From an uncultured Dehalococcoidia bacterium (GTDB lineage: Bacteria; Chloroflexota; Dehalococcoidia; Lucifugimonadales; UBA3495), in NCBI GenBank assembly GCA_964343075.1, contig CAYFGT010000003.1, forward strand, positions 25,104-89,103: DNA of 64,000 nt, read 5' to 3'. Shown here in pieces: positions 10,797 to 20,400 of this stretch. The position numbers were made by a program, and so were the translations under genes. Under the pieces are notes generated by a model, which saw only the letters and a list, made by a program, of their open reading frames with translations, did no database searches and was not told the origin of the DNA. Position 1 is the first letter of the stretch. Every line of letters starts with the position of its first letter.

Positions 10797-11567
10797 CTAT
10801 TGTCCTGAGAAATTAGGTGTTTGTTTATTAAAGAAAGATCTCAAACCTTCCATTCGGTCTGCAGTTGATTGGAGTAATACGCTTAAATCTCCTTCTAATC
10901 CCAAACCGTGTGAAAGGGGCAAAGATATCCCGGCCGTGATGGATTCTTTTATAAATTTCATGGAATTTGGAGACATGGAGGTTAATTGACTCAACAAATG
11001 TTCCGAAGCGTTTGCCAGTTCTTGTTTAGTGGTGACTGTGGTTAGTAATCCGACCCTCAAGGCTTCAGACGCGGTTAAAGTTCTTCCTGTGTAGAGCATG
11101 TCCGCAGCGATTGTTCTTCCCACGTTGTTAATTAACTCTGGAATGCCGTTGTCCCAAGGGAAGTTAGTATTTGTTACTGATATACTGAATGAGGAAATGT
11201 CTGAACTGATTTTTACATCCGCTGCGAGCATGAATTCTAATCCATGATCCGAAACCTCTCCATCTATGATCACGACTACCGGCACCGGAATATGTTTGAT
11301 TATGCGTGAAACTTGTAATTTCTCCAGTTTTTCGTGGAGTTGATGAAGCGTGAGATCATGATTCCCGAGGATAGTCTGACGCTGAGTGGCAAAAATGCCA
11401 GCAGTAGCGCTTTTAATTACCCATACCCGAATATTCGGATCCCATTTATGATTATTCACAGATTCTTCTAAGAGACCGCAAAATTCTTCAGTTATAAGAT
11501 TGGTGCCTGAAGTGTCTTTGAGTGTGACTATACATCTGTGCTCGTTGATTTCCAGGTCGAAATTCAT
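10797..11567 (-). CDS. Enoyl-CoA hydratase/isomerase (crotonase) family protein, divergent
   Basis: 256 aa with a crotonase-like layout (VVVIIDGEVSDHGLEFMLAADVKI...EALRVGLL...EGLRSFFNKQ). First gene of the minus-strand operon 11567->8021. Confidence 0.7.
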   Translation of the reverse strand: MNFDLEINEHRCIVTLKDTSGTNLITEEFCGLLEESVNNHKWDPNIRVWVIKSATAGIFATQRQTILGNHDLTLHQLHEKLEKLQVSRIIKHIPVPVVVIIDGEVSDHGLEFMLAADVKISSDISSFSISVTNTNFPWDNGIPELINNVGRTIAADMLYTGRTLTASEALRVGLLTTVTTKQELANASEHLLSQLTSMSPNSMKFIKESITAGISLPLSHGLGLEGDLSVLLQSTADRMEGLRSFFNKQTPNFSGQ

Positions 11568-11650
11568 ACATGTATTGTAGCTCTTGAGTCAACATATAAA
11601 TTTTGTACTAGGAATGCATTTGATCATTGCGAGTCAACAGGACTAGTAGC

Positions 11651-11679
11651 TTGACAATAAATACCCCCTTTTTTATAAT
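11651..11679 (+). promoter_or_regulatory. Consensus sigma-70-type promoter of groESL (TTGACA-17 nt-TATAAT)
   Basis: TTGACA at 11651-11656 and TATAAT at 11674-11679 with an exact 17-nt spacer, about 75 nt upstream of groES. Confidence 0.6.
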
Positions 11680-11688
11680 TTTTGTTCG

Positions 11689-11714
11689 CGTAGAACGTCT
11701 AATATGTTTCTACG
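11689..11714 (+). promoter_or_regulatory. Inverted repeat CGTAGAA-N12-TTCTACG in the groESL leader (candidate operator or leader hairpin; not CIRCE)
   Basis: The arms at 11689-11695 and 11708-11714 are perfect reverse complements. The repeat lies immediately downstream of the predicted transcription start. Confidence 0.35.
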
Positions 11715-11754
11715 TGAAATCACGCTATAGAGCGCAAGTTTATAGGAGGCTGAA

Positions 11755-12048
11755 TTGGCAATTAAATTTTCTCCATTAGGTGAAAGAGTGGTAGTCAAGC
11801 CTAGGGACCAAGAAGAACAAACCACAGGTGGTATTTATCTACCTGATACCGCGAAAGAGAAACCTCAAGAAGGCGAGATTGTAGCAGTAGGACAAGGCAG
11901 AGTAGCAGATAATGGTACTCTGGTAGCTATGGAATTAGCCGTAGGTGACAAAGTAATATATTCTAAGTTTGCCGGAACGGAATACAAAGATGGTGATGAT
12001 GAATATCTGATCATGCGAGAGAGTGACATCCTCGCAAAAATATCATAA
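11755..12048 (+). CDS. groES: Co-chaperonin GroES
   Basis: The 97-aa sequence [10 protein letters not shown]...[22 protein letters not shown]... is unmistakably Cpn10. TTG start, with an AGGAGG RBS at 11745-11750. Confidence 0.95.
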   Translation: MAIKFSPLGERVVVKPRDQEEQTTGGIYLPDTAKEKPQEGEIVAVGQGRVADNGTLVAMELAVGDKVIYSKFAGTEYKDGDDEYLIMRESDILAKIS

Positions 12049-12055
12049 GTAATAG

Positions 12056-13696
<1,641 letters not shown>

Positions 13697-13717
13697 ACCT
13701 ATTAGTAAATCTTAAGT

Positions 13718-13757
13718 ATGCCCCTCCAGAAAGTGAGGGGCATATTTTTTTATTTTG
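13718..13757 (+). terminator. Rho-independent terminator of groESL
   Basis: Stem ATGCCCCTC (13718-13726) / GAGGGGCAT (13735-13743) with an 8-nt loop, followed by ATTTTTTTTATTTT. Confidence 0.8.
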
Positions 13758-13794
13758 TTCGGTAAGAGAAATTAGAACATGATTAGGGGTATGA

Positions 13795-14418
13795 ATGCCT
13801 ATAGATAAGTTGTATCAGTCAGCCGAGGAGGCCCTTGCCTGTTTAAAAGATGGTGATGTGGTCGGTATTTCTGGTTTTGAAGGCCATGGTGAACCAACTA
13901 CTTTACTGCATGGATTAAACCAACTTAACCTAGAACATCTTACATTAGTGTTTGACCTGCCTATTATGCAATATTCATTGGGTGAAAACATCATCAGTGA
14001 AATGTGTAAGTCAGGAAAAGTGGATACCTTGATTACTACCAATGCACCCCAAAATCCCCAGTTTGAGAACTATGGTAGTTTAAAAAAAATTGTAGTTGAG
14101 GTTCTTGATCGCAACCTCATCGCAGAACGGTTGAGAGTAATTGGAGCAGGGTTGGGTAGCGTTGAATTTATGAGGCCCACAGCCTACAACAAGCAGCATG
14201 AAGGCATTAGACTTGATGTGGCTTTAATTAAAGGCTTACAGACGGATCATTTAGGTAATACCATCTATGAAGGGACAAAAAGGAATTGGTCTCCTGTGAT
14301 GGCTATGGCAGCTCGGATAACAATAGCCGAGTCCGACTCGTACGTAGAGGCCGGATCAATTGATCCCGAAGGCATAATCACCCCAGGAATCTATGTCAAT
14401 CGTGTGGTTTGTTCGTGA
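13795..14418 (+). CDS. Family I CoA-transferase, divergent subunit-A-like protein (A')
   Basis: The N-terminus ...AEEALACLKDGDVVGISGF and C-terminal ...NWSPVMAMAARITIAE...IDPEGIITPGIYVNRVV match the ScoA/AtoD layout. The central ELVPQGTLAERLRAGG block is degenerate (VEVLDRNLIAERLRVIGAGLG). Confidence 0.7.
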   Translation: MPIDKLYQSAEEALACLKDGDVVGISGFEGHGEPTTLLHGLNQLNLEHLTLVFDLPIMQYSLGENIISEMCKSGKVDTLITTNAPQNPQFENYGSLKKIVVEVLDRNLIAERLRVIGAGLGSVEFMRPTAYNKQHEGIRLDVALIKGLQTDHLGNTIYEGTKRNWSPVMAMAARITIAESDSYVEAGSIDPEGIITPGIYVNRVVCS

Positions 14419-14446
14419 TTACAACGTATGGTTTGTGAGGACAGAA

Positions 14447-15829
14447 ATGGAAATTGGCAAATCTAATCAAAATCTATTGAAAAAATGTTCGGAATATTTT
14501 AATCAAGGTAAAGTCATATCACTGGGTACAGGATTACCTTCTTTGTTGCCGTTTGTGCTGAATGGGTCCCATGACTCGATCTTTTTGAGTTCATCGGGTC
14601 TTGTAGGTGACTGGAGGGCCTCAACGGCGACTACTAAGTATATCGATAGTAATGGCCAATATGTAACGCTGATGCCTGGAAGTTCTATTGTAGGAATAGG
14701 AGAGAAAGCGTCTATCATATCAGGCGGATACGTGGACACTATATTGATACAGCCCACAGAGGTAGACTTGCAAGGCAATTGGGATATTGACGGTCCTGAT
14801 ACCAGTGAAATAGATTCATTGGTTACTAATTGCAGTCAGGTCATCGGGTTAGTTCCACTGAACGGTTTACAGAAATTCACATACCAACTTGACCCGTCTC
14901 GTGGATTTGAGCGACTCTCAAAAATTATTACTGAGAGATGCGTCTTCGGTGTCGATGGAGGTAAACTAGTTGTTGAAGAACTAGCCAATGGAACAACCTC
15001 TGATGACATAATGAACGCAATTGGAATCAATGTTCCTATAAGTCCTAATTGCCAATATTACGATGTAGACAAAGTAGGAACTTCCTCTGCAGATATGATT
15101 GGTTCTAAGGTTTGTAAAGACGGTGCTTCAGCTGTAGTTGATATACAGGACGGCGCTGTAGTTATGATTGACGGGTTTGCCGGACCGGGAGGTATGGCTC
15201 ATTATTTGCTTGTGTCTCTAAGAAATCAAGGTGCGAAAAACTTAACTATAATTAGTAATACTGCAGGCATAGCGCGAGTAGTTAATTTCGGGACCCCTCC
15301 TGGTAAGCTTGTAATTGACCATAGTATACTGATTGATAATGGACAGGTTGGGAAAGCTATTGCGTCTTACCCTGTTTCTCCTTCCGCTTCTAACCCAAGT
15401 TCTTTCGAACTGGCTTATAGGGCGGGAGAGGTTGATTTAGAACTTGTCCCCCAGGGCACTCTGGCAGAGCGTCTTCGTGCAGGAGGGTCTGGTGTCAAAT
15501 ATTTTTATACCCCCACTGGCGCTGGGACTCTTATTGCAGAGGGAAAAGATTCAAAATCATTTGAAGGGAAAAACCACATACGAGAATCTGGATTGGTGGC
15601 CGATTATTGTATCATTAGAGGGTATAAAGCCGACCGATTTGGCAATGTCGTTTACAAAGGCACTTCTAGGAATTTCAATGCTGTAATGGCACCGGCAGCA
15701 AGAATTAGTATTGTCGAAGTTGACGAGATTGTTGAAGATGATGCCTTGGATCCCGAACTTATTGTAACTCCGGGACTATTTGTGGATAGAATAGTTGTTC
15801 GGCCTGCAGAATTCTCGCCTTACGAGTAA
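14447..15829 (+). CDS. Fusion protein: divergent CoA-transferase subunit-B-like domain (B') fused to a canonical subunit-A domain
   Basis: The N-terminal half (GKVISLGTGLPSLLP...LSSSGLVG...IISGGYVDTILIQP...) follows the ScoB/AtoA pattern. The C-terminal half (DGAVVMIDGFAGPGG...LELVPQGTLAERLRAGGSG...NFNAVMAPAARISIVE...TPGLFVDRIV) is clearly ScoA/AtoD. The start was moved to ATG 14447 (GAGG RBS at 14437-14440), which removes the overlap produced by track start 14393. Confidence 0.7.
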   Translation: MEIGKSNQNLLKKCSEYFNQGKVISLGTGLPSLLPFVLNGSHDSIFLSSSGLVGDWRASTATTKYIDSNGQYVTLMPGSSIVGIGEKASIISGGYVDTILIQPTEVDLQGNWDIDGPDTSEIDSLVTNCSQVIGLVPLNGLQKFTYQLDPSRGFERLSKIITERCVFGVDGGKLVVEELANGTTSDDIMNAIGINVPISPNCQYYDVDKVGTSSADMIGSKVCKDGASAVVDIQDGAVVMIDGFAGPGGMAHYLLVSLRNQGAKNLTIISNTAGIARVVNFGTPPGKLVIDHSILIDNGQVGKAIASYPVSPSASNPSSFELAYRAGEVDLELVPQGTLAERLRAGGSGVKYFYTPTGAGTLIAEGKDSKSFEGKNHIRESGLVADYCIIRGYKADRFGNVVYKGTSRNFNAVMAPAARISIVEVDEIVEDDALDPELIVTPGLFVDRIVVRPAEFSPYE

Positions 15830-15855
15830 GATTTAAAATTCAAGAGGGTTTGTAT

Positions 15856-16524
15856 ATGGAAGGACTGAGACTCGACAGAGAAATTGTTGCCATGCGAGTA
15901 GCAAAAGAATTGCCTGACGGTGGATATGTTAATTTAGGAATAGGTATTCCCACTTTAGTGTCTAGTTTTGTCCCAGATGGGAGCGTAGTGTTTTATCACA
16001 GTGAGAGCGGAGTGTTGAATTGTGGTCCTCTCGCTGAAGTCGAAGAAGAATGTGACATTGATTTGATTAATGCTGGGGGCCAATTCTTAAAAAGGGTACC
16101 GGGTATGGCTTTTTTTAGCTCGGTGGAAGGTTTTGCCATGATACGAGGGGGGCACGTAGATGTGACCGTTCTTGGAGCGCATCAAGTATCTTCTAAAGGA
16201 GACTTGGCGAATTGGATGCTACCTGAGCGTGGTGTAGGGAATATTGGAGGCGCTATGGATTTGGCTGCTGGCGCTGGTACCGTGATTGTTGCAATGGAAC
16301 ATAATAGCCGAGATGGAGGACATAAAATTGTCGAAGAATGTACCAATCCTTTAACTGGAAAAGAATGTGTTACTTTGATTGTTACAGATGTAGCGGTTAT
16401 GCGACCTACAAAAGCGGGACTAGTTTTAGAGGAAATTGCGCCGGGTTGGTCTGTAGAAGGCGTGCAAGCTATCACAGGCGCTGGTTTGATTGTCCCAAGA
16501 GAAGTGAAAGAATACGAATTGTGA
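15856..16524 (+). CDS. Family I CoA-transferase subunit B (canonical)
   Basis: YVNLGIGIPTLV, the HSESG catalytic-Glu motif, FAMIRGGHVDVTVLGA...GDLANW and GGAMDL. ATG 15856 lies 7 nt after an AGAGGG RBS (the track gives TTG 15850). Confidence 0.85.
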   Translation: MEGLRLDREIVAMRVAKELPDGGYVNLGIGIPTLVSSFVPDGSVVFYHSESGVLNCGPLAEVEEECDIDLINAGGQFLKRVPGMAFFSSVEGFAMIRGGHVDVTVLGAHQVSSKGDLANWMLPERGVGNIGGAMDLAAGAGTVIVAMEHNSRDGGHKIVEECTNPLTGKECVTLIVTDVAVMRPTKAGLVLEEIAPGWSVEGVQAITGAGLIVPREVKEYEL

Positions 16525-16539
16525 CCGTTTTCAATTACG

Positions 16540-16568
16540 TTGACTTAAGGCTTGGGAGCGTGATAAAT
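16540..16568 (+). promoter_or_regulatory. Candidate promoter of thiGES (TTGACT-17 nt-ATAAAT with an upstream TG)
   Basis: TTGACT at 16540-16545 and TG-ATAAAT at 16561-16568, about 45 nt upstream of thiG. Confidence 0.4.
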
Positions 16569-16612
16569 TCCTTCATTATGAGGATGTTGTTTAGGCCTCG
16601 CTGGAGTTGGTA

Positions 16613-17392
16613 ATGTCAGATAAATTAGTGATAGCTGGTAAGGAATTTGATTCCAGACTGATAGTAGGTACAGGTAGATACAGGACTGATGCAGATATGG
16701 TGGACGCCCTGGAGGCGTCTGGTACCAATATGGTGACTGTAGCTATTCGAAGATTGGATTTAGATAACCCTGGTGAAAAAACCATCTTGGATCACATAAA
16801 TTGGAACAGATACAATATATTACCCAACACAGCAGGTTGCTCTAGTGTGGAAGAAGCGTTGTATGTCGCCAAACTAGGTAGAGAGATCACGAAAACTGAT
16901 TTCGTGAAACTTGAAGTTATAGCTGATGCTAGGTATCTGTTCCCAGATCCTGTCGGAACTTACGAGGCCGCTAAACAATTAATCGCTGAAGGATTCAATG
17001 TTCTCCCCTACATTCATGCGGATCCAGTTTTGGCTAAAAGATTAGAAGACATTGGATGTGTAACGGTCATGCCACTCGGATCAGCGATAGGCTCTGGGCA
17101 AGGTATTCACACCATAGAAGAAGTTAAAATTATTATTGAACAATCGAATGTACCTGTAGTTGTTGATGCAGGACTTGCTGTCCCTTCCGATGCAGCTAAA
17201 GCTTTAGAATTAGGGGCTGATGCTGTGTTGGTAAATACCGCGATTGCTCAGGCAGATAATCCTGCAATTATGGCCTCTGCATTTAAAAAAGGTGTTGAAG
17301 CGGGGAGAGAAGCGTATTTGGCAGGTAGGATCGACATCAGAACTACAGCTATTGCAAGCAGCCCAGCGGCAGACATACCAACTAATACGTGA
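16613..17392 (+). CDS. thiG: Thiazole synthase ThiG
   Basis: LVIAGKEFDSRLIVGTGRY...NTAGC...VMPLGSAIGSGQG...VVDAGLAVPSDAA are characteristic ThiG blocks. ATG 16613 lies 6 nt after GGAG (the track gives TTG 16607). Confidence 0.9.
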   Translation: MSDKLVIAGKEFDSRLIVGTGRYRTDADMVDALEASGTNMVTVAIRRLDLDNPGEKTILDHINWNRYNILPNTAGCSSVEEALYVAKLGREITKTDFVKLEVIADARYLFPDPVGTYEAAKQLIAEGFNVLPYIHADPVLAKRLEDIGCVTVMPLGSAIGSGQGIHTIEEVKIIIEQSNVPVVVDAGLAVPSDAAKALELGADAVLVNTAIAQADNPAIMASAFKKGVEAGREAYLAGRIDIRTTAIASSPAADIPTNT

Positions 17393-18042
17393 TTTTGTCG
17401 AAAACAAGCGAACCGTTATTGATGCTGGTTACCGACCGGCATGTTGTGGATAGTAGGTTTGATCTGCTTCAGAAAATCGACGCAGCTGTAAGAGGTGGAG
17501 TGAACCTAGTGCAAATCAGAGAGAACGATTTGCCAGATAAAGATCTGGAAGACTTATGCAAAGATGTAAAGAATCTGGTTGATGGTGATGCGTTAGCGAT
17601 AATTAATGGAAGGATTGATTTAGCATTGTCTGGATATTTGGACGGAGTCCATTTACCAGAAAAACATGCGTTGTCTGATAAGGAAAAGATGCTTTTTCAA
17701 TCGGAATTGTTTTGCAGTGGTTCATGTCACGATCTCAACAGAGCATTGGAGCTATATGCGATAGGTGTTGATGCGCTTATAGTAGGTACAATGTTTGAAA
17801 CGGCGTCACACCCAGGGAAGTCTCCCGAAGGGCCTGCTTTAATTCAAGAGATTAAAAATCGGGTGGATTGTTCAATTCTAGGGATTGGTGGTATAACAGA
17901 GAAGAATGTGTCTAAAGTGTTGGATGCTGGTGGCAATGGGGTAGCTGTGATACGTGGGATTTTGGGATCATCTGATCCTGAACATAGTGCTAGACAAATA
18001 AAAAATAAATTATATGAGGCAATGGGCAAGTCAAATGATTAA
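17389..18042 (+). CDS. thiE: Thiamine-phosphate synthase ThiE
   Basis: LMLVTDR...VNLVQIRE...GVHL...GGI...GVAVIRGI pattern. GTG 17389 overlaps the thiG stop (GTGA). An alternative start at ATG 17422 is possible. Confidence 0.85.
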   Translation: MILSKTSEPLLMLVTDRHVVDSRFDLLQKIDAAVRGGVNLVQIRENDLPDKDLEDLCKDVKNLVDGDALAIINGRIDLALSGYLDGVHLPEKHALSDKEKMLFQSELFCSGSCHDLNRALELYAIGVDALIVGTMFETASHPGKSPEGPALIQEIKNRVDCSILGIGGITEKNVSKVLDAGGNGVAVIRGILGSSDPEHSARQIKNKLYEAMGKSND

Positions 18043-18238
18043 TTTAACAGTAAACGGGAAATTGATGTCATTTGATAAAAACATCAATATTATGGACCTT
18101 ATAAAGTATTACAAACTTGATACTAAATTCGTTGCAGTTGGTCATAATGGAGATGTAGTGAAAAAAGAACACTATTCTTTAGTCACACTGAAAGACGGAG
18201 ACTCTGTCGAATTAGTCAAACCAGTCGGTGGCGGTTAG
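18035..18238 (+). CDS. thiS: Sulfur-carrier protein ThiS
   Basis: 67 aa beginning MINLTVNGK and ending ...VKPVGGG (C-terminal Gly-Gly). The start was moved to ATG 18035, which overlaps the thiE stop region. Confidence 0.85.
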   Translation: MINLTVNGKLMSFDKNINIMDLIKYYKLDTKFVAVGHNGDVVKKEHYSLVTLKDGDSVELVKPVGGG

Positions 18239-19203
18239 ATATTTAATATCACTTTCCCTTTACTTTGTCGTCCTGCTAAATGATTGTGTGCTTTACCTAC
18301 CTCTTCCAAATCTAAATTTTGATCTATAATGAGCTTAAAATTGCCGGAGTATACTTCTGTGAGGATCTCTGTCATAGCTGCTTGATGATCTAGGGTCCCA
18401 AAAGGCGATCTCCCCATACTGAATCCAATAATGGTCCTGTTGAGAGTAGTAAAATCAGATGCAGGCAGGTTTGCCTGTTGCCCCGAAGCATTTCCGTAGC
18501 TAAGAAGCTTACCATAACTTTTGACACATCTCAGGCTTTTCTCTAATGTTGGCCCTCCTACAGCATCTAAAACTATATCTAGTCCTTCATTTTCAGTCAT
18601 CTCCATGATGATTTGCTCGAAGTCATGTGTAGTGTAGTTAATCACATGATCTGCTCCTAGGGAACGGGCTAGCTCCATCTTTTCTTCTGTGGATGCAGTA
18701 CTTATAACGTTGGCACCCCAGTGTTTGGCCATCTGAACTGCAATGGTACCTACACCAGATGCGCCAGAATGGATCAGAATGGTATGCCCAGACTTCATTC
18801 GTCCTCTGGTTTGTAATAGATGGTAAGCGGTAAGAAATGTGAGGGGCATACCTCCTGCGATGCTAGGATCTAGTTTGTTCTCATCGTATGGAAATACAAA
18901 ATGCTTGTTTACTGACACCATCTCTGCGTGGCATTGAGGCCCCAATACTTGTACATGTTGGCCCACTTTAAACCCGTCCACACCTTCTCCCAATTCAACG
19001 ATAGTACCTGCTCCTTCTAATCCCAAAGTGCATGGAAGATCCGGTCCAGGATATCTGCCTTCTCTTCTAAGTACATCAGCAAAATTAACACCGCTGGACT
19101 GTAATTTGACTAGGACCTGATTCCGTTTCGCTGATATATCAGGAATCTCTTCGATTTTTAAAACGCTAGTGTCCCCAAATTCATTTATTCTTACGGCTTT
19201 CAC
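18235..19203 (-). CDS. NADPH:quinone oxidoreductase / zinc-type alcohol dehydrogenase superfamily (MDR)
   Basis: MKAVRINEFG...VLVKLQSSGVNFADVLRREGRYPGP and the Rossmann motif SGASGVGTIAVQ. GTG start with an AGGAG RBS 7 nt upstream. Confidence 0.8.
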   Translation of the reverse strand: MKAVRINEFGDTSVLKIEEIPDISAKRNQVLVKLQSSGVNFADVLRREGRYPGPDLPCTLGLEGAGTIVELGEGVDGFKVGQHVQVLGPQCHAEMVSVNKHFVFPYDENKLDPSIAGGMPLTFLTAYHLLQTRGRMKSGHTILIHSGASGVGTIAVQMAKHWGANVISTASTEEKMELARSLGADHVINYTTHDFEQIIMEMTENEGLDIVLDAVGGPTLEKSLRCVKSYGKLLSYGNASGQQANLPASDFTTLNRTIIGFSMGRSPFGTLDHQAAMTEILTEVYSGNFKLIIDQNLDLEEVGKAHNHLAGRQSKGKVILNI

Positions 19204-19235
19204 TCTTTTTCTCCTAGTATGGATTTCTGATGGGA

Positions 19236-19264
19236 ATATTATATAGGTAACTGGGTGCTGTCAA
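19236..19264 (-). promoter_or_regulatory. Candidate promoter for the quinone-oxidoreductase gene (TTGACA-17 nt-TAATAT)
   Basis: On the minus strand, TTGACA lies at 19264-19259 and TAATAT at 19241-19236. A TATAAT with a 15-nt spacer is an alternative reading. Confidence 0.4.
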
Positions 19265-19286
19265 AAGGAATATGCTAGACCTAGTA

Positions 19287-20276
19287 TCACTTGATTTTAC
19301 CTCTGAAGTTAGCGGTTTCATATACTTCAGGATTGATCATGTTTATTGGTGTTCCTTCAATAAAAGCTTCTATATCTTCCAGTGCACCACTATAGTACGC
19401 ACTATAGGCCTCTTGAGTCACATATCCAATATGAGGGGTGATGATGACGTTATCAAGGTTTAATAAAGGATGATTGTCGGGCAATGGTTCAACATCAAAC
19501 GTATCTAATCCTGCCCCTGCTATGCCTTTGTCTCGGAGAATTTGAACAAGATCATTTTCATTAATGATAGGGCCTCGGGAAATATTTATAATATACGATG
19601 TGGATTTCATTAGGCTTAATTCTTTATAAGTCACAAGGTCTCTAGTCCTGTCGCTCAGCCTAACATGGATAGAAACTATGTCTGAAAGGGCGAATAGTTC
19701 CTCTTTTGACACCAAGGTCGCACTATGTTCTGATGCGTGGCTCTCGGTCATGTTTTGGCTCCAAGCAATTACATTCATGTCAAAGGCTTTTGCAACCCTC
19801 GCTACCAAAGAACCTATATGTCCTAGCCCTAGTAGGCCGATGGTCTTTCCTTTAAGACCTACTCCCATGGTAGTCCCCCATTTGTGCTGCTTAGTATCAG
19901 ATATTTCTCTAGGGATATTGCGAAGTAAATTTATGATCAATCCCCAGGTTAGTTCCGTTGGTCCTTCCCCGCTTCCTCCAGTGCCACAGATCAATATCCC
20001 TAATGCTGTGGCGGATTGAGTGTCAAATGAAGCGTTGCGAGCACCAGATGTAATCAGTAATTTGAGATTTGGTAGCTTTGATAATACCGCCTTGGGGAAA
20101 GGTGTTCTTTCGCGCATTCCCATAATGATGTCAAACGGCTGGAGCCTAGTTATTAATTGTGAATGATCAGATATGTGGTCTGAAAAAAATGTTATGCCGT
20201 GCTGAGCTTCTAACTTACTCCATTCAGCGTAGTTTCTTGCTACGCTTTGATAGTCGTCCAAAATGGCTATGTTCAT
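19287..20276 (-). CDS. D-isomer-specific 2-hydroxyacid dehydrogenase family protein
   Basis: NAD-binding GKTIGLLGLGHIGSLVARVA and the catalytic region ...NISRGPII...GAGLDTFDVEP...TPHIGY. Confidence 0.85.
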   Translation of the reverse strand: MNIAILDDYQSVARNYAEWSKLEAQHGITFFSDHISDHSQLITRLQPFDIIMGMRERTPFPKAVLSKLPNLKLLITSGARNASFDTQSATALGILICGTGGSGEGPTELTWGLIINLLRNIPREISDTKQHKWGTTMGVGLKGKTIGLLGLGHIGSLVARVAKAFDMNVIAWSQNMTESHASEHSATLVSKEELFALSDIVSIHVRLSDRTRDLVTYKELSLMKSTSYIINISRGPIINENDLVQILRDKGIAGAGLDTFDVEPLPDNHPLLNLDNVIITPHIGYVTQEAYSAYYSGALEDIEAFIEGTPINMINPEVYETANFRGKIK

Positions 20277-20400
20277 AATATCGCTCCACTTGATTTTTGT
20301 TCAGTATAACTGTAAATTCTGTAGCCGTTAATAGGCAAATTAAACATTGCTTCAATGCAAAAAGCGTCCTCCGTGGTAACATAAAGGCTAGAGGTGGAAT

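Noticed and set aside
11568-11754. A CIRCE (HrcA) or complete HAIR (HspR) operator upstream of groES
   Set aside because: There is no match to TTAGCACTC-N9-GAGTGCTAA. CTTGAGT at 11583-11589 is an exact HAIR left half-site, but the sequence 7 nt downstream (TAAATTT) is not ACTCAAG. Only the novel dyad is reported as a finding.
14393-14446. Track start 14393 for the B'::A CoA-transferase fusion
   Set aside because: It would overlap the upstream gene by 26 nt and add a repetitive, non-homologous peptide (MSIVWFVRDYNVWFVRTE). ATG 14447 has a GAGG RBS at proper spacing.
16525-16612. A TPP (THI-box) riboswitch, which would be expected upstream of thiG-thiE-thiS
   Set aside because: The 88-nt region contains a GGGAGCGUGAUA segment but lacks the conserved CUGAGA and ACCUGAUCUGGAUAAUGCCAGCG-type cores of RF00059. 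It is also short for the full aptamer plus expression platform. It is better explained by a TTGACT-17-ATAAAT promoter plus RBS. An Infernal scan would settle this.
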